From assembly GCF_022045235.1 (NCBI RefSeq), contig NW_027266308.1, positions 58,590,001 through 58,654,000 of the forward strand: a stretch of DNA of 64,000 bases. Reading direction: 5' to 3'. Position numbers and translations under genes: made by a program. The DNA is from Haliotis cracherodii (lineage: Eukaryota). Positions 36,960 through 50,812 of the stretch are shown piece by piece; the first letter of the stretch is position 1, and each line of letters begins with the position of its first letter. The notes beneath the pieces were generated by a model. It made no database searches and was not told where the DNA came from. It worked only from the letters and a program-made list of their open reading frames with translations.

Positions 36960-39457
36960 GAGATACGTAGATGAAACAGAGCTCTTGACATATAGACGAA
37001 TGAGAACATCGACACCTAGATAAATGAGATCTCTTAGAACCAAGATGAATGAGAATTCTTTTCACCTGGATGAATCGCAAGTATTGACACTTAGATGAAA
37101 CATAGCTCTTGACACCTAGATGTATCCAAACTCTTGACACCAAGATGAATGATAATTCTTGACACAAAGATGAATCCAAACTCTTGACACCAAGCTGGAT
37201 GGACCTCTTGAGAACTCGATGAATGAGAACTCTTGACATCCAGATGAATTAGAACCTAAAGCCTTGACACCTAGATGAATGAGAACCTGAAGTCTTGACA
37301 CCTAGATGAATGAGAACCTGAAGCCTTGACACCTAGATGAATGAGAACCTGAAGCTTTGAAACCTAGATGAATGAGAACCTGAAGCTTTGACACCAAGAT
37401 GAATGAGAACCTGAAGCTTTGACACCCAGAAGAATGCGAACCTGAAGCTTTGACACCAAGATGAATGAGAACCTGAAGCTTCGACACCAAGACAAATGAG
37501 AACCTGAAGCTTTGACACCAAGATGAATGAGAACCTGAAGCTTTGACACCCAGAAGAATGAGAACCTGAAGCTTTGACACCCAGAAAAATGAGAACCTGA
37601 AGCTTTGACACCCAGATGAATGAGAACCTGAAGCTTCGACGCCTAGATGAATGAGAACCCGAAGCTTCGACACGTAGATGAATGAGAACCTGAAGCCTTG
37701 ACACCAAGATGAATGAGAACCTGAAGCTTCGACACCTAGATGAATGAGAACCTGAAGCTTTGACACCAGGATGAATGAGAACCTGAAGCTTTGAAACATA
37801 GATGAATGAGAACCTGAAGCTTTGAAACCTAGATGCATGATGACCTGAAGCTTTGACACCAAGATGAATGAGAACCTGAAGCTTTGACACCAAGATGAAT
37901 GACAACCTGAAGCCTTGACACATAGATGAATGAGAACCTGAAATTAGACACCCGGATGAATGAGAACCTGAAGCTTTGACACTCAGATAATTGAGAACCT
38001 GAAGCCTTAACACATAGATGAATGAGAACCTGAAGCTTTGACACAAAGATGAATGAGAACCTGAAGCTTTGACACCAAGATGAATGAGAACCTGAAGCTT
38101 TGAAACCTAGATGAATGTGAACCTGAAGCTTTGACAACAAGATGAATGAGGACCTGAAGCTCAGATGAATGAGAACCTGAAGCTTCGACACCAAGATGAA
38201 TGAGAACCTGAAGCTTTGACACCAGGATGAATGAGAACTTGAAGCTTTGAAACATAGATGAATGAGAACCTGAAGCCTTGACACCCAGGTGCATGATGAC
38301 CTGAAGCTTTGACACCAAGATGAATGAGAACCTGAAGCCTTGACACCCAGATGCATGATGACCTGAAGCTTTGACACCAAGATGAATGAGAACCTGAAGC
38401 TTTGACACCCAGATGAATGAGAACCTGAAGCCTTGACACATAGATGAATGAGAACCTGAAATTAGACACCCGGATGAATGAGAACCTGAAGCTTTGACAC
38501 TCAGATAATTGAGAACCTGAAGCCTTAACACATAGATGAATGAGAACCTGAAGCTTTGACACAAAGATGAATGAGAACCTGAAGCTTTGACACCTAGATG
38601 AATGAGAACCTGAAGCTTTGAAACCTAGATGAATGTGAACCTGAAGCTTTGACACCTAGATGAATGATGATCTGAAGCTTTGACACCAAGATGAATGAGA
38701 ACCTGAAGCTTTGACACCTAGATGCATGATGACCTGAAGCTTTGACACCAAGATGCATGAGAACCTGAAGCCTTGACACCTAGATGCATGATGACCTGAA
38801 GCTTTGACACCAAGATGAATGATGACCTGAAGCTTTGACACCTAGATGAATGATGACCTGAAGCTTTGACACATAGATGAATGAGAACCCGAAGCCTTGA
38901 CACCTAGATGAATGAGAACCTGAAGCTTTGACACCAAGATGAATGAGAACCTGAAGCTTTGACACCAAGATGAATGATGACCTGAAGCTTTGACACCCAG
39001 AAGAATGATGACCTGAAGCTTTGACACCTAGATGAATGATGACCTGACGCGTTGACACCTAGATGAATGAGAACCTGAAGCCTTGACACCTAGATGAATG
39101 AGAACCTGAAGCTTTGACACCAAGATGAATGAGAACTTGAAACACTGACACCAAGATGAATGAGAACCTGAAGCTTTGACACCTAGATGAATGATGACCT
39201 GAAGCTTTGACACCTAGATGAATGATGACCTGAAGCTTTGACACCAAGATGAATGAGAACCTGAAACTTTGACACCTAGATGAATGAGAACCTGACGCTT
39301 TGACACCCAGATGAATGAGAACCTGAAGCTTTGACACCCAGATGAATGAGAACCTGAAGCTTTGACACCCAGAAGAATGAGAACCTTAAGCTTTGACACC
39401 CAGATGAATGAGAACCTGACGCTTTGATACCCAGATGAATGAGAACCTGAAGCTTTG
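36960..39457. repeat. 31-bp minisatellite (GACACCTAGATGAATGAGAACCTGAAGCTTT), ~75-80 copies
   Basis: Direct periodicity, degenerate at the left end; source of the many overlapping repetitive ORFs. Confidence 0.95.
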
Positions 39458-39928
39458 TTATTGGCATATTTCGCTCGTTTCCAGAAGTCGATATCGCGAT
39501 AATGCGAACCGCGAGAATGTCCCTTACAGTATTCCATATGTTTCTGACATGTCTTGCTGTTGTTCACTTTTAAAAGACTCTCTTTTTTAATGATCATAGC
39601 CATGATATTCGAGTAATACCTTCCAACAACGACTATGATCAATAGCTTGCCTGTCGATAGTCAATTTCATGATAATAGCTGAACAACACCTTGATCGCTA
39701 GGTACGAGGTGTGGTTAGTTTTGTAACCGGTTGAGCAGGCGTGTTATAAGCTTTGTCGTACTATTGATAGAATTTACTGACGCGGAACAAACGCCTGATA
39801 ACCTGCAAGGTGAGAAGGGTTGTACCATGTACAGTACTTCAATAGTGTGTCGCCACCGGTGGGGCCGGTGGGTGGTATCGCCTGTCTATAACTCATGTCC
39901 TGGGTCAGCGTGTGAACCTTAAGCTATA

Positions 39929-40103
39929 CAGTAAACTACGATTATAACGATCTCAAAGGGACTACTAATTTGGGTTCGTTATAACCGTAGTTCGTTATAA
40001 GTACTTACAGAGCCTGACTACAGCAAGTAGTCGGGACCTAAAAGTAAGTTCGTTATATCTGTCAGTTCGTTATAAGCGTGTTCGTTATAACCGTAGTTTA
40101 CTG
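39929..40103. mobile_element. Tc1/mariner (pogo/Tigger-like) MITE
   Basis: TIR CAGTAAACTACG(A/G)TTATAACGA at both ends, flanked by TA; a related single end at ~14339-14395. Confidence 0.8.
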
Positions 40104-41299
40104 TATTTCGTTTATTTTTATGCATGGTAAGCCTCCAGGTCACACATGAAGAAATGTATCCACAAGATCACCGAATAAAATGGTTTCAGCTTTACATTGA
40201 TTAATTTTGTTTTTCAATTTCAAAGAGGGTCATACGACAACTCTTCCTCAAACGTTGTTCGATTAGAATCGTAATATTTATGGTTCCAAACGTTTTGTGG
40301 TAGACACATGGAGGACATTACAAAATTTGATCAATGCCAAAAAATGATGGTTATTCCCTATTTTGACCATATGTTCTCGTATTTTTTTCCACTTTCCATG
40401 TCTTTGCATGTGGTTGTGACGAGTGCCACCGTTTGAGCAGGATACCTGTTTGCGAACCCATGATATCATATCTATTTGATAATTGGTAACTGATAGTGAT
40501 CCACAAACACTTTCTTAAGCTATAGTCGGAATCATACAATAGACTTCACGTTTGATTTTCTTATGATTATGGAAAGTGTTTTGTAAGTTTAATTTAGCTT
40601 CACACTGTTTTAGGCCGCTTTCATTCCCAGCGATATCACGGAGTGTCATCTTAAAGGAGGGTTATCTTCCACGCCCTGGTGTTTATTTTAAAACATTGTA
40701 CTTAAAGTTGTACTACGTCAAACTGGGGCAGTGTTCCAATCGAGGTTAGTAGTCAGCCGCTTGACTGATATACATCGCATAGGTAACAATCGGGGTTTAA
40801 ATGGCTTGAATCAAATACACATTAAACGCCAGAGAATAACCAGAATTGAGGACAACGGGGATTCGAACCCACGATCAGCGGATCGTGGCATGGCATAACG
40901 GGTTGCAGCTACTTCGGCCACAAAGCCATCCCCGTTGTTGATGTTGGCTAACGTTCCACACGTCGTGAGTAAGAATAGCAAATCAAGCCGGATTTGATAC
41001 ATTATGTTTTGTTCAAATAACATCTTTTAACACTGCAAAAATAATAAAAGCTTAACAGTTTTCGTACATTTATATCTCCATTTTGACTATAAATGCTGAA
41101 TGAATTATACGAGCTATTCCTTCTTCCTTCTTCATACAGACGTGGTGAAAAATCAGTACAGACAGGAATCAATTGTCAAAACGAATCAAAGATATGTGCC
41201 ACTGATATTTAGATATATGCCAGTTTCATTACATTGTGGAAGGTTCTCACTATTAATTTTGATTATTGTTGATGTGCAAATCAGTGTGTTGGCAAACCA

Positions 41300-43600
41300 A
41301 TGATCATAACCAGTGCGAATGTATGATCACAATCCTCGACAAAGAGACATCTCCAAACATTACCTTTTGGACAAATTCCAATCACCGCAGCACGAGACGC
41401 CGTTACTGAGGGTGCTAAATGGTCTGAGATATACAGTTGATTCCGGTAATATGGCGTCACATGTCCATGGCATCTGAGCCCAGCCTTTGATAATATCGTC
41501 TTGGCAAGCTCCTCTCCACACTGAAGAATCAGACTGGAATCGAAGGAATGGCATTTGACTGCTTCATGTCCTACCTGGCTGGCATATCCCAGTCTGTTAA
41601 AGTTGAAGCGGAGACATGAGAAAGTTCTAAACCCCTTGGGGTCCCTCAGGGTTGAGTCCTCGTGCCTATTCTGTTACTAGAATATATGTGTCCCCTTGGG
41701 TATACTACCGACAAGCATAACATTAGCCTTTAATTTTACGCGGACGATACCAAGTAACTTGATCAAGTCAAACCTTCAGAGAGTTCAGTGTCTTTTACAC
41801 TGAAGTTACACACAAGAAATGACAGAATGGATGACTGCCCAAACGCTTCAGCTAAACGATGACAGGACAGAGGCTGTGGTCTTTGGGAGTAATCAGCTGC
41901 TGCTAAATAAAAGTCAGCACAGCCAGTTGACAGTAGGAGATGCACAAATTCATTTGGAGCAGCACCTTACTATCTGACTGAGCTGATCAGTGCATACATG
42001 GAGCAGCACCTGACTATCTGACTGAGCTGATCAGTGCATACATGGAGCAGCACCTGATTAACTGACTGAGCTGATCAGTGCATACATGGATCATCACCTT
42101 ACTATCTGACTGAGCTGATCTGTGCATACATGGAGCATCACCTGACTATCTGACTGAGCTGATCAGTGCATACATGGAGCAACACCTAACTATCTGACTG
42201 AGCTGATCAGTACATACATGGAGCAGCACCTGACTATCTGACTGAACTGATCAGTGCATACATGAATCATCACCTTACTATCTGACTGAGCTGATCTGTG
42301 CATACATGGAGCATCACCTGACTATCTGACTGAGCTGATCAGTGCATACATGGAGCATCACCTAACTATCTGACTGAGCTGATCAGTGCATACATGGAGC
42401 AGCACCTTACTATCTGACTGAGCTGATCTGTGCATACATGGAGCATCACCTGATTAACTGACTGAGCTGATCAGTGCATACATGGAGCAGCACCTGACTA
42501 TCTGACTGAGCTGATCAGTGCATACATGGAGCACCTGACTATCTGACTGAGCTGATCAGTGCATACATGGAGCAGTACCTGATTAACTGACTGAGCTGAT
42601 CAGTGCATACATGGAGCAGCACCTAACTATCTGACTGAGCTGATCAGTGCATACATGGATCATCACCTTACTATCTGACTGAGCTGATCTGTGCATACAT
42701 GGAGCATCACCTGACTATCTGACTGAGCTGATCAGTACATACATGGAGCAACACCTAACTATCTGACTGAGCTGATCAGTACATACATGGAGCAGCACCT
42801 GACTATCTGACTGAGCTGATCAGTGCATACATGGATCATCACCTTACTATCTGACTGAGCTGATCTGTGCATACATGGAGCACCTGATTAACTGACTGAG
42901 CTGATCAGTGCATACATGGAGCATCACCTAACTATCTGACTGAGCTGATCAGTGCATACATGGAGCAGCACCTGACTATCTGACTGAGCTGATCAGTGCA
43001 TACATGGATCATCACCTGACTATCTGACTGAGCTGATCTGTGCATACATGGAGAAGCACCTGATTAACTGACTGAGCTGATCAGTGCATACATGGAGCAG
43101 CACCTGATTATCTGACTGAGCTGATCAGTGCATACATGGAGCAGCACCTTACTATCTGACTGAGCTGATCAGTGCATACATGGAGCAGCACCTGACTATC
43201 TGACTGAGCTGATCAGTGCATACATGGAGCACCTGACTATCTGACTGAGCTGATCAGTGCATACATGGAGCAGCACCTGATTATCTGACTGAGCTGATCA
43301 GTGCATACATGGAGCATCACCTGACAATCTGACTGAGCTGATCAGTGCATACATGGAGCAGCACCTGATTATCTGACTGAGCTGATCAGTGCATACATGG
43401 AGCACCACTTGACTATCTGACTGAGCTGATCAGTGCATACATGGATCATCACCTGACAATCTGACTGAGCTGATCAGTGCATACATGGAGCATCACCTGA
43501 CAATCTGACTGAGCTGATCAGTGCATACATGGAGCGACACATGACTATCTGACTGGTCTTAAAAGCCATCTTTTCAAGCTCCTCTTTAATGAAGCTCTTG
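41300..43600 (+). mobile_element. Decayed L2/CR1-group LINE (reverse-transcriptase fragment and ORF2 terminus) enclosing a minisatellite
   Basis: Motifs in order: LLDKFQS, ETPLLRVLN, LSPAFD, GIEGMAFDCFMSYL, GVPQG*VL.PIL, FYADDT, WMTAQTLQLNDDRTEAVVFG; after the array, GLKSHLFK. Confidence 0.85.
41953..43555. repeat. 44-bp minisatellite (CATGGAGCAGCACCTGACTATCTGACTGAGCTGATCAGTGCATA), ~36 copies
   Basis: Direct periodicity with some 41-bp variants; the unit encodes HGAAPDYLTELISAY. Confidence 0.95.
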
Positions 43601-43619
43601 ACCACTATCTTTTTAATGT

Positions 43620-43649
43620 AGACAGACAGACATACATACATACATGCAT

Positions 43650-43693
<44 letters not shown>
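43620..43693. repeat. (CAGA)n/(CATA)n microsatellite
   Basis: Direct. Confidence 0.9.
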
Positions 43694-43694
<1 letters not shown>

Positions 43695-44237
43695 AGTCCT
43701 TGTAGTAGAGGCCAAAGACCCATAGTACATAAGGACATTATTATTATGAGTTTTACATATTTCAATTCGTCCCACATTTTGAATACATAAATTAGAAATT
43801 TGGCAAATTTCACAATTCGCTCTGGTTTAGATATTAAAGTAGAGAGGAGCAAGGCCAGAATACATGTCCCAATTTCGTGGAAGAAATTCATCCCTTTTGT
43901 CAGGATACAAAATTCATTCTCGGGCACCTTACATCTTTTACATAAAAACTTCTTCAGCAGTAATCTGATTACTACCCATACGCACGTTCTGTATACCTAA
44001 ATTATTACATCCACTTCTAAATTTTGTGACAATTCTTCTGTTGTCATCGAATCAAGAATGGAAGATTAGCTCTACAGGTATTACACTCACTAATAAACAA
44101 CAGTGTCATTCTCACAACAGAAATTACGTGTATTATATTTAGATGCAGTGGATAGCTACACTAAAGCTCTACACTGCTCAGTTCAATAGAATATTTTACG
44201 AACGTTTCCATCTCAAGCATGACTGTACGTTCTTCGT

Positions 44238-44508
44238 CACACTGGTGGCCCAGTCGTCTGAAGCGCACAATTCGCTGTGCAGAGTTTCGTCCCTTGGGCA
44301 CGCCAGAAACCTATGATCGAGGTTGCGAATCATGGTTCGTCACGATTATGTTTCTAGATTTGCCAGCAGCGTGCTCGTGGGTTTCACCAAAGTGGTAAAT
44401 GTCTGCGACCTGCATCACTTCAGGCTTTCCTCCCACATCAAGCTGACACGACGTGATACAACTCGAATACTGTTCAAAGTGGCGTTAAACCCAACCGATA
44501 CACCCACA
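44238..44508 (+). mobile_element. SINE family B, diverged
   Basis: Homology to the 19287 copy along its length. Confidence 0.8.
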
Positions 44509-44624
44509 TGACGTAATAATACCTCGTCATAGGAGAGATACATGTAAGCTAACAATTTACACTACAAAACGCCAATCCAATGTGCACATTGCCCGTGATT
44601 AACATCATTGCGACCAGTTTACCT

Positions 44625-44885
44625 ACCCGTGGGTGGAATAGGTCTTCAGCAACCCATGCTTGCCGTAAGAGGCGACTATGCTTGTCGTAAGAGGCGACTT
44701 ACGGGATCAGGTGGTCAGGCTCGCTGACTTGGTTGATGCATGTCATCGGTCCCAATTGCATGGATCGGTGCTCGACACTGGATTGTTTGGTCCAGACTCG
44801 ATTATTAACAGACCGCCGTCATCTAGCCGAAATATTGCTGAGTGCGGCGTTGAACAAACAAACAAACAAACAAACAAACAAATAA
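44625..44885 (+). mobile_element. Retroposon family C
   Basis: TSD ACCAGTTTACCT at 44613-44624 and 44886-44897; duplicated ATGCTTGYCGTAAGAGGCGACT unit. Confidence 0.88.
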
Positions 44886-45546
44886 ACCAGTTTACCTGTT
44901 TAATGTGCAATAAATAGCAGTACTCTTAAACTCCACCCTCATTGTCTAGATCTACATGTAGGTAGGATAGTTTTAGACGTTTTATAAAGGCGTCTGTTTA
45001 TATACCCCACAATAGGTTCGAACTATTACACATACATATTAAACAAATAATTACATGGCTGAAAGCTTAGGAAGCAGCTGGAAAGGGCTTTGTCGCTCTT
45101 ATTTAATAGCATAAATATAAAATTATATAAACCGGGGCTTTGGAGGCCGTGAGAAGGGGGTCAATAATTGCTGACTGTCGGATGTTTAGCGCCGTTGTTT
45201 AGAATGTGTGCATTGTGGCATGTGACGCCACTTATAAAGCCACAACACCCCACTGCCAGCACTCTCAACCTGTCAGGCAAGAATGGACGTAAGCACAATG
45301 CAAATTAAAGTGTTACAAGCGAATTTTGTTTACCTGTTCCAATTTTAGTTGCAATGTATAATTCTAAAATATAACATAACATTGTAGTTACGAGATGTTT
45401 GAAATTCACATGTACACCTCTTACATCCCATGCTGCTCTACTTCACTGGGAGACGTGGATAATTTCACCAACAGCAACGATAAATACTTCTGTGCTACAT
45501 TATTTATCCATTCAATCACAAAGCAAAATCATTTCAAATATATTTA

Positions 45547-46111
45547 AGTAGTACCAGTAGTAGAAGTGGTAGTAGTAGTAGTAGCAGTAGTAGTAGTAGT
45601 AAAAGCANNNNNNNNNNNNNNNNNNNNNNNNNNNNNNNNNNNNNNNNNNNNNNNNNNNNNNNNNNNNNNNNNNNNNNNNNNNNNNNNNNNNNNNNNNNNN
45701 NNNNNNNNNNNNNNNNNNNNNNNNNNNNNNNNNNNNNNNNNNNNNNNNNNNNNNNNNNNNNNNNNNNNNNNNNNNNNAGTAGCACTAGTAGTAGTAGTAG
45801 GCGGAGGAGGAGCAGTAGCAGTAGTAGCAGCAGTAGTAGTAGGAGTTGTAGTAGTAATCGTAGTAGCAGCAGCAGCAACAGCAGCAGTAGTAGTAGTATG
45901 AGGAGGTGGAGGAGCAGTAGTGGTAGTAGTAGTAGTAGCTGTAGTAGTAACAGCAGTAGTAGGAGTAGTAGCAGCAGCATTGTAGTAGTAGCAGCAGTAG
46001 TAGTAGCAGCATTGTAGTAGTAGTAGCAGCAGTAGTAGGAGTAGTAGTAACAGCAGCATTATAGTAGTAGTAGGAGAAGGGGAGGAGGGGAGGAGCAGTA
46101 ATAGTAGTGGT
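45547..46111. repeat. (TAG/CAG/GAG)n trinucleotide tract with gaps
   Basis: Direct; source of the poly-L/T/Y/V pseudo-ORFs. Confidence 0.9.
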
Positions 46112-46897
46112 NNNNNNNNNNNNNNNNNNNNNNNNNNNNNNNNNNNNNNNNNNNNNNNNNNNNNNNNNNNNNNNNNNNNNNNNNNNNNNNNNNNNNNNNN
46201 NNNNNNNNNNNNNNNNNNNNNNNNNNNNNNNNNNNNNNNNGGCGGTCATGATATAGGGGCACTATGATGCATGATATCTTTGCGTTAATAGGGACACTGG
46301 GTCATGAATAAATAGATCCATTCATAAAGCAAGTGGACTCACGTCATTGTGTGCTGGAAACTAAGACAGATAAGATAAGATAAGGCTATGTGCGTATGTG
46401 GAGGTCAAGGCTCCTCTACATACGGTTATCTGGCCTCAAATTGGGCAACCCACCTGCGCACACCAGTTTGAACAAGGTACTTCCAACGACCTTCAACAGT
46501 AACCTGTTTTTATTTTCACTTAAATCCGCATCCGACTTTCTTTTGTTGGATAATATTTTCAAAAAATATACGAGAACGCTTCCGCATCTGTAATTAGCTT
46601 ACTTACAAACTTACTTAGTTTGGGTAATAACGTGCGCTTTCCGACATATGCGTATTTCGCGCATGGGCCCGCCAGGCCATTTAGTGATGTGGTCGAGAAG
46701 GGAGAGGGTCGCTTAATTTGGGCGGATATTTCGAATTTTGAAATATGCCATGCTTTTAAGGTGGGGGAGCTAAAGGAGAATAAAACTCTACAAATCGCCT
46801 ATTCCTGTTTCACATGATATGCATTCTTCCCCTGATGTACGAGCGCTAAGCAACGTCAAAGTGTGCAAGGCTATGCATGGAATTGTCGCTATGTATA

Positions 46898-47055
46898 GGG
46901 GCGGTCGGGTAGCATAGTGGTTAAAGCGTTCGCTCGTCACGCCGAAGACCCGGGTTCGATTCGCGACATGGGTACAATGTGTGAGGCCCATTTCTGGTGT
47001 CCCCCGCCGTGATATTGCTGGAATATTTCTAAAAGCGGCGTAAAACCATACTCAC
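46898..47055 (+). mobile_element. SINE family A
   Basis: Near-identical to the 50650 copy. Confidence 0.88.
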
Positions 47056-48224
47056 GATAGAAACGATTTAAGTGGGAAACCCTCTTATGTAGATGCTGTC
47101 CTTCGGTCTCAACACGCACACTATGTAATTATTTTTTTTATGTTTGATAAGTAGAACCATGTAAGTAGAAAACCTGCTATCAAGATACATTTCCTGGGTC
47201 CCTTAGATATATATCACATTGTAAATTTGAATAGAATAACAGTCAGTGTTGTAAAGACACGACTAAGCCGTCACTACTCAATTATCAGACTATTGCTATT
47301 CCCGACCCGACACTTACTACCCTTACTACACACACACACACACACACACACGCTAACACACGCTAACACACGCTAACACACACCTACACACACACACACG
47401 CACACACACACACACACGGTAACACACGCTTATATTTCTCTTCTCTCTTCATATTAAAACTTGCTATATACATGTATGTTAAAAATGCAATTTCTCTCAG
47501 AAACAAATTGTTAAAAATTAGTATATATATATATCCAAATATGTAAAACTACTTATATATAACTTCTCTGTGTATGGATCGGAGGCCTTACATGAAATAA
47601 ATATCTTTGACCTGACACATAATTTTATATGGTATCTCTAGCGGGCTAGTGGGCTAGCACTAGAAAACTAGCATACGTCCGGACTAGCCCAAGTAGCGAC
47701 ACATACACATGCACGCGCGCGCGCGCACACACACATTCACATCACATGTTCTAAATACCCACACAAAGTAATATGTTCATAGTTGTCCAAGAACAGTATC
47801 ATGGTCATCTGCCGTGTCATGAAAAGCACACGTGGAGATAACATCCAAGGGTGTTGAATCTCAGTTAAGGTCGTCGCCGTCGTTATCTGGGATAAACACT
47901 CTATAAACGACACTTGTCCACAACTAATGCATTGTCTTTATCGCACACGCCTTCCTCCAGAACACTGTATATTGTTAGAGCGTTCGTGTTCACTCGTGAC
48001 AATTGGTGCATTTTAAAATTAACTTTAAAAAACCCCAAATATACAACATTTCAACACATAGAGGTTATCAGACAAGCGCGTTTCAGTATGATATATTATC
48101 ATATACTATTACTAAGAATAAGAAAATATGCCTTATGTGACCCTGCAAACATTGGCGAGTAATATTCCCTTTATCATAATATCATTTAAAAATAATTTTG
48201 CCTCTCTTAAATTAATCGATGTAA

Positions 48225-48460
48225 CATTAATGCCACTTTGAACAGTATTCCAGTTATATCACGGCGTGTCAGTTTGATGTGTGAGGAAAGTCCCAAGTGA
48301 CACAGGCCTTGGATTTTAACCACGTTAAATGGGTGCTGACAAACCAAGGAACATATTAGGGCGAACCGGGATTCAAACCAACAATCATAGGTTTTTGGTG
48401 TGCCCAAGGGACGCAATTTTACATAGCGAATGGCTGCGCATTGGACGACTGGGCCACCCC
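48225..48460 (-). mobile_element. SINE family B, diverged
   Basis: Reverse-complement homology to family B. Confidence 0.75.
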
Positions 48461-49692
48461 GATGTTTAAGACGTATTTCCAGTTACTGAAGTAAGTTTTG
48501 TGTACGATGTTTAAGAGAACAGCTTTTGTATCAATGAGAGGTAAATGATTTGTATACATGTTTGCCCGAAAAAGCANNNNNNNNNNNNNNNNNNNNNNNN
48601 NNNNNNNNNNNNNNNNNNNNNNNNNNNNNNNNNNNNNNNNNNNNNNNNNNNNNNNNNNNNNNNNNNNNNNNNNNNNNNNNNNNNNNNNNNNNNNNNNNNN
48701 NNNNNNNNNNNNNNNNNNNNNNTAATGTTGCCATGTTCATGTACGTTTACAATGTTCCCATGTTCACCTGTATGCTTNNNNNNNNNNNNNNNNNNNNNNN
48801 NNNNNNNNNNNNNNNNNNNNNNNNNNNNNNNNNNNNNNNNNNNNNNNNNNNNNNNNNNNNNNNNNNNNNNNNNNNNNNNNNNNNNNNNNNNNNNNNNNNN
48901 NNNNNNNNNNNNNNNNNNNNNNNNNNNNNNNNNNNATCCATCAAGGTATATTTAGATAACATTGCCAAGAAATCATTAAGAGTAGTTCCCGCTGTGACCT
49001 CATTTGCATATTTACTTGTTCGGTATATCGCAAAGATAACACTGTCCATTATATGATAAACGGATCTATCTTCTATCTCATGTTCATTTGAGTTAGACAC
49101 ATTTAAACTACAACATTCAAGTTTGCATTAAATATTATGAGTGCTCCAAGTGAAACTAACTACACTGTTGATATTGTCATGGAACTGATAATATATTTTC
49201 AACTTTATTTCAAGTTAGAATAAACAAATGTACACAAGTACATAGATGAGCGCGATAACAGTTCTTCAGTTATACCACGATGAACGATGTCCATTGGTAT
49301 GAATTCAGAGTAACTTTTTCAGAAATAAGAACATAAAATCTACACGACCTAATTTATATTTCTCAATGGTGAAAGGCCAGCGTACACTGTCTTGACCTTG
49401 GCTCAATCTGCTGTGCGAAATTCATACTTTATACTATAGCGACACATAGGTAAATCACTTTTTAGTTTTGCATAAATGGAAAATTAGTAGTATTTAACGT
49501 CATGAAAAAAATAACCACCTAATGATAAAACATTCAGGTATAAGGAAACATCACCATTTCTCTTTTATTTTGTATCAAACGGATAAAAACATGCAGCGAG
49601 ATGCCATTGATGATGCCATACAGAGCTATGACGTCACGAAACGAGATAACAATGCAGTCACATCATCACAGTTACAAAGGATTAAATACCAG

Positions 49693-49915
49693 TGTAGATC
49701 TGGGTTGGAATAGGTATTCAGCAACCCATGCTCGCCGTAAAAGGCGACTAACAGGATCGGGTGGTCCGGCTCGCTGACCTGTTTGATGCATGCCATCGTA
49801 TCTCAATTGCGTAGATCGATGATCATGTTGTCAATCACTGGGTTGTTTGACCCAGATTCCCGTCGTATAGCTGGAATATTGCTCAGTGCAGCGTTAAACA
49901 AGAAACAAGCAAATA
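49693..49915 (+). mobile_element. Retroposon family C (single-hairpin variant)
   Basis: AATAGGTATTCAGCAACCCATGCTCGCCGTAAAAGGCGACTAACAGGATCGGG... Confidence 0.8.
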
Positions 49916-50449
49916 AAGCTTACAGAGGGATGCGGCGCTACTCTCACCGTAAGCAATAAGCGACTTGTAAAATTGGAAATAATTCACGTTTTCTTTGATA
50001 TATATATTAGTACCTCTTTCTGATGACAGGGCGTTAGAATCTGATTCATTTTGGCGATATTATTTGAAAATGTCGTATGTCGAGTTTCGCGGTGAACACA
50101 ATTATGTGGTGCAGATACATAGCAGTAGGCAATCTTCATACGGGAGGACCTTCCAAATTGACACAGATGGGAGACGGTTTCCACTGTGAACCATGGTGAA
50201 CGTGAATGGATATAGTGCTGACAAACCAAGTGTAATAACCAGTCCGAATCCACGAATCTAGGACACTGACACGACACAACACGACATTGTATGTTAGCCA
50301 CTACATGGCCCGGTCAATTATACTTTCAAAATTTGATTCAAACGCTTTTTGAGAAAAGAATAATGATTATCTTTTGATGCTCGTTCAAGGGAGGCGGCAT
50401 TGGTAAATAATTTTATAAAACAGTTTAAATAATCAGGAATATTAATATT

Positions 50450-50580
50450 TATTATTTAACAATAATTATTGAAATAGACAAGTAATAGGAACGGACCAAG
50501 AACTGAGCCTTGTGGAACGCTCACGTTCAAATACAGTGTTTTCAGAGTCATTTACCAACACTGTTAGGTGTCGGCTTGTT
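50450..50580 (-). mobile_element. Small LINE RT fragment
   Basis: Minus strand VPQGSVLGPFLLLVYFNN. Confidence 0.65.
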
Positions 50581-50649
50581 TTTCCATTTATATATGCCAC
50601 AGCGTTCTTTGTTTTCTATGGCTTCACACATGTAACTCAATTAACTGAT

Positions 50650-50812
50650 GGGGCGGTCGGGTAGCCTAGTGGTTAAAGCGTTCGCTCGTCACGCCGAAGA
50701 CCCGGGTTCGATTCCCGACATGGGTACAAAGTGTGAAGCCCATTTCTGGTGTCCCCCGCCGTGATATTCCTAAATATTGCTAAAAGCGGCGTAATACCAT
50801 ACTCACTCACTC
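50650..50812 (+). mobile_element. SINE family A, full length (tRNA-Asp-like head)
   Basis: TAGCCTAGTGGTTAAAGCG...GTCACGCCGAAGACCCGGGTTCGATTCCCG; 15-bp TSD ACTCAATTAACTGAT at 50635-50649 and 50813-50827. Confidence 0.92.

Noticed and set aside
36910-39642. Many long overlapping minus-strand ORFs (SKLQVLIHLGVKASGSHSS...)
   Set aside because: Artefact of a 31-bp stop-poor repeat cycling through all three frames; no splice or domain evidence.
1-43555. Tandem arrays (1-706, 36960-39457, 41953-43555) as CRISPR arrays
   Set aside because: Units are contiguous with no unique spacers, there are no cas genes, and the context is eukaryotic.
50650-50725. tRNA-Asp-like sequence as a real tRNA gene
   Set aside because: No proper acceptor stem; it continues into a SINE body and tail and is flanked by a TSD; multiple diverged copies exist.
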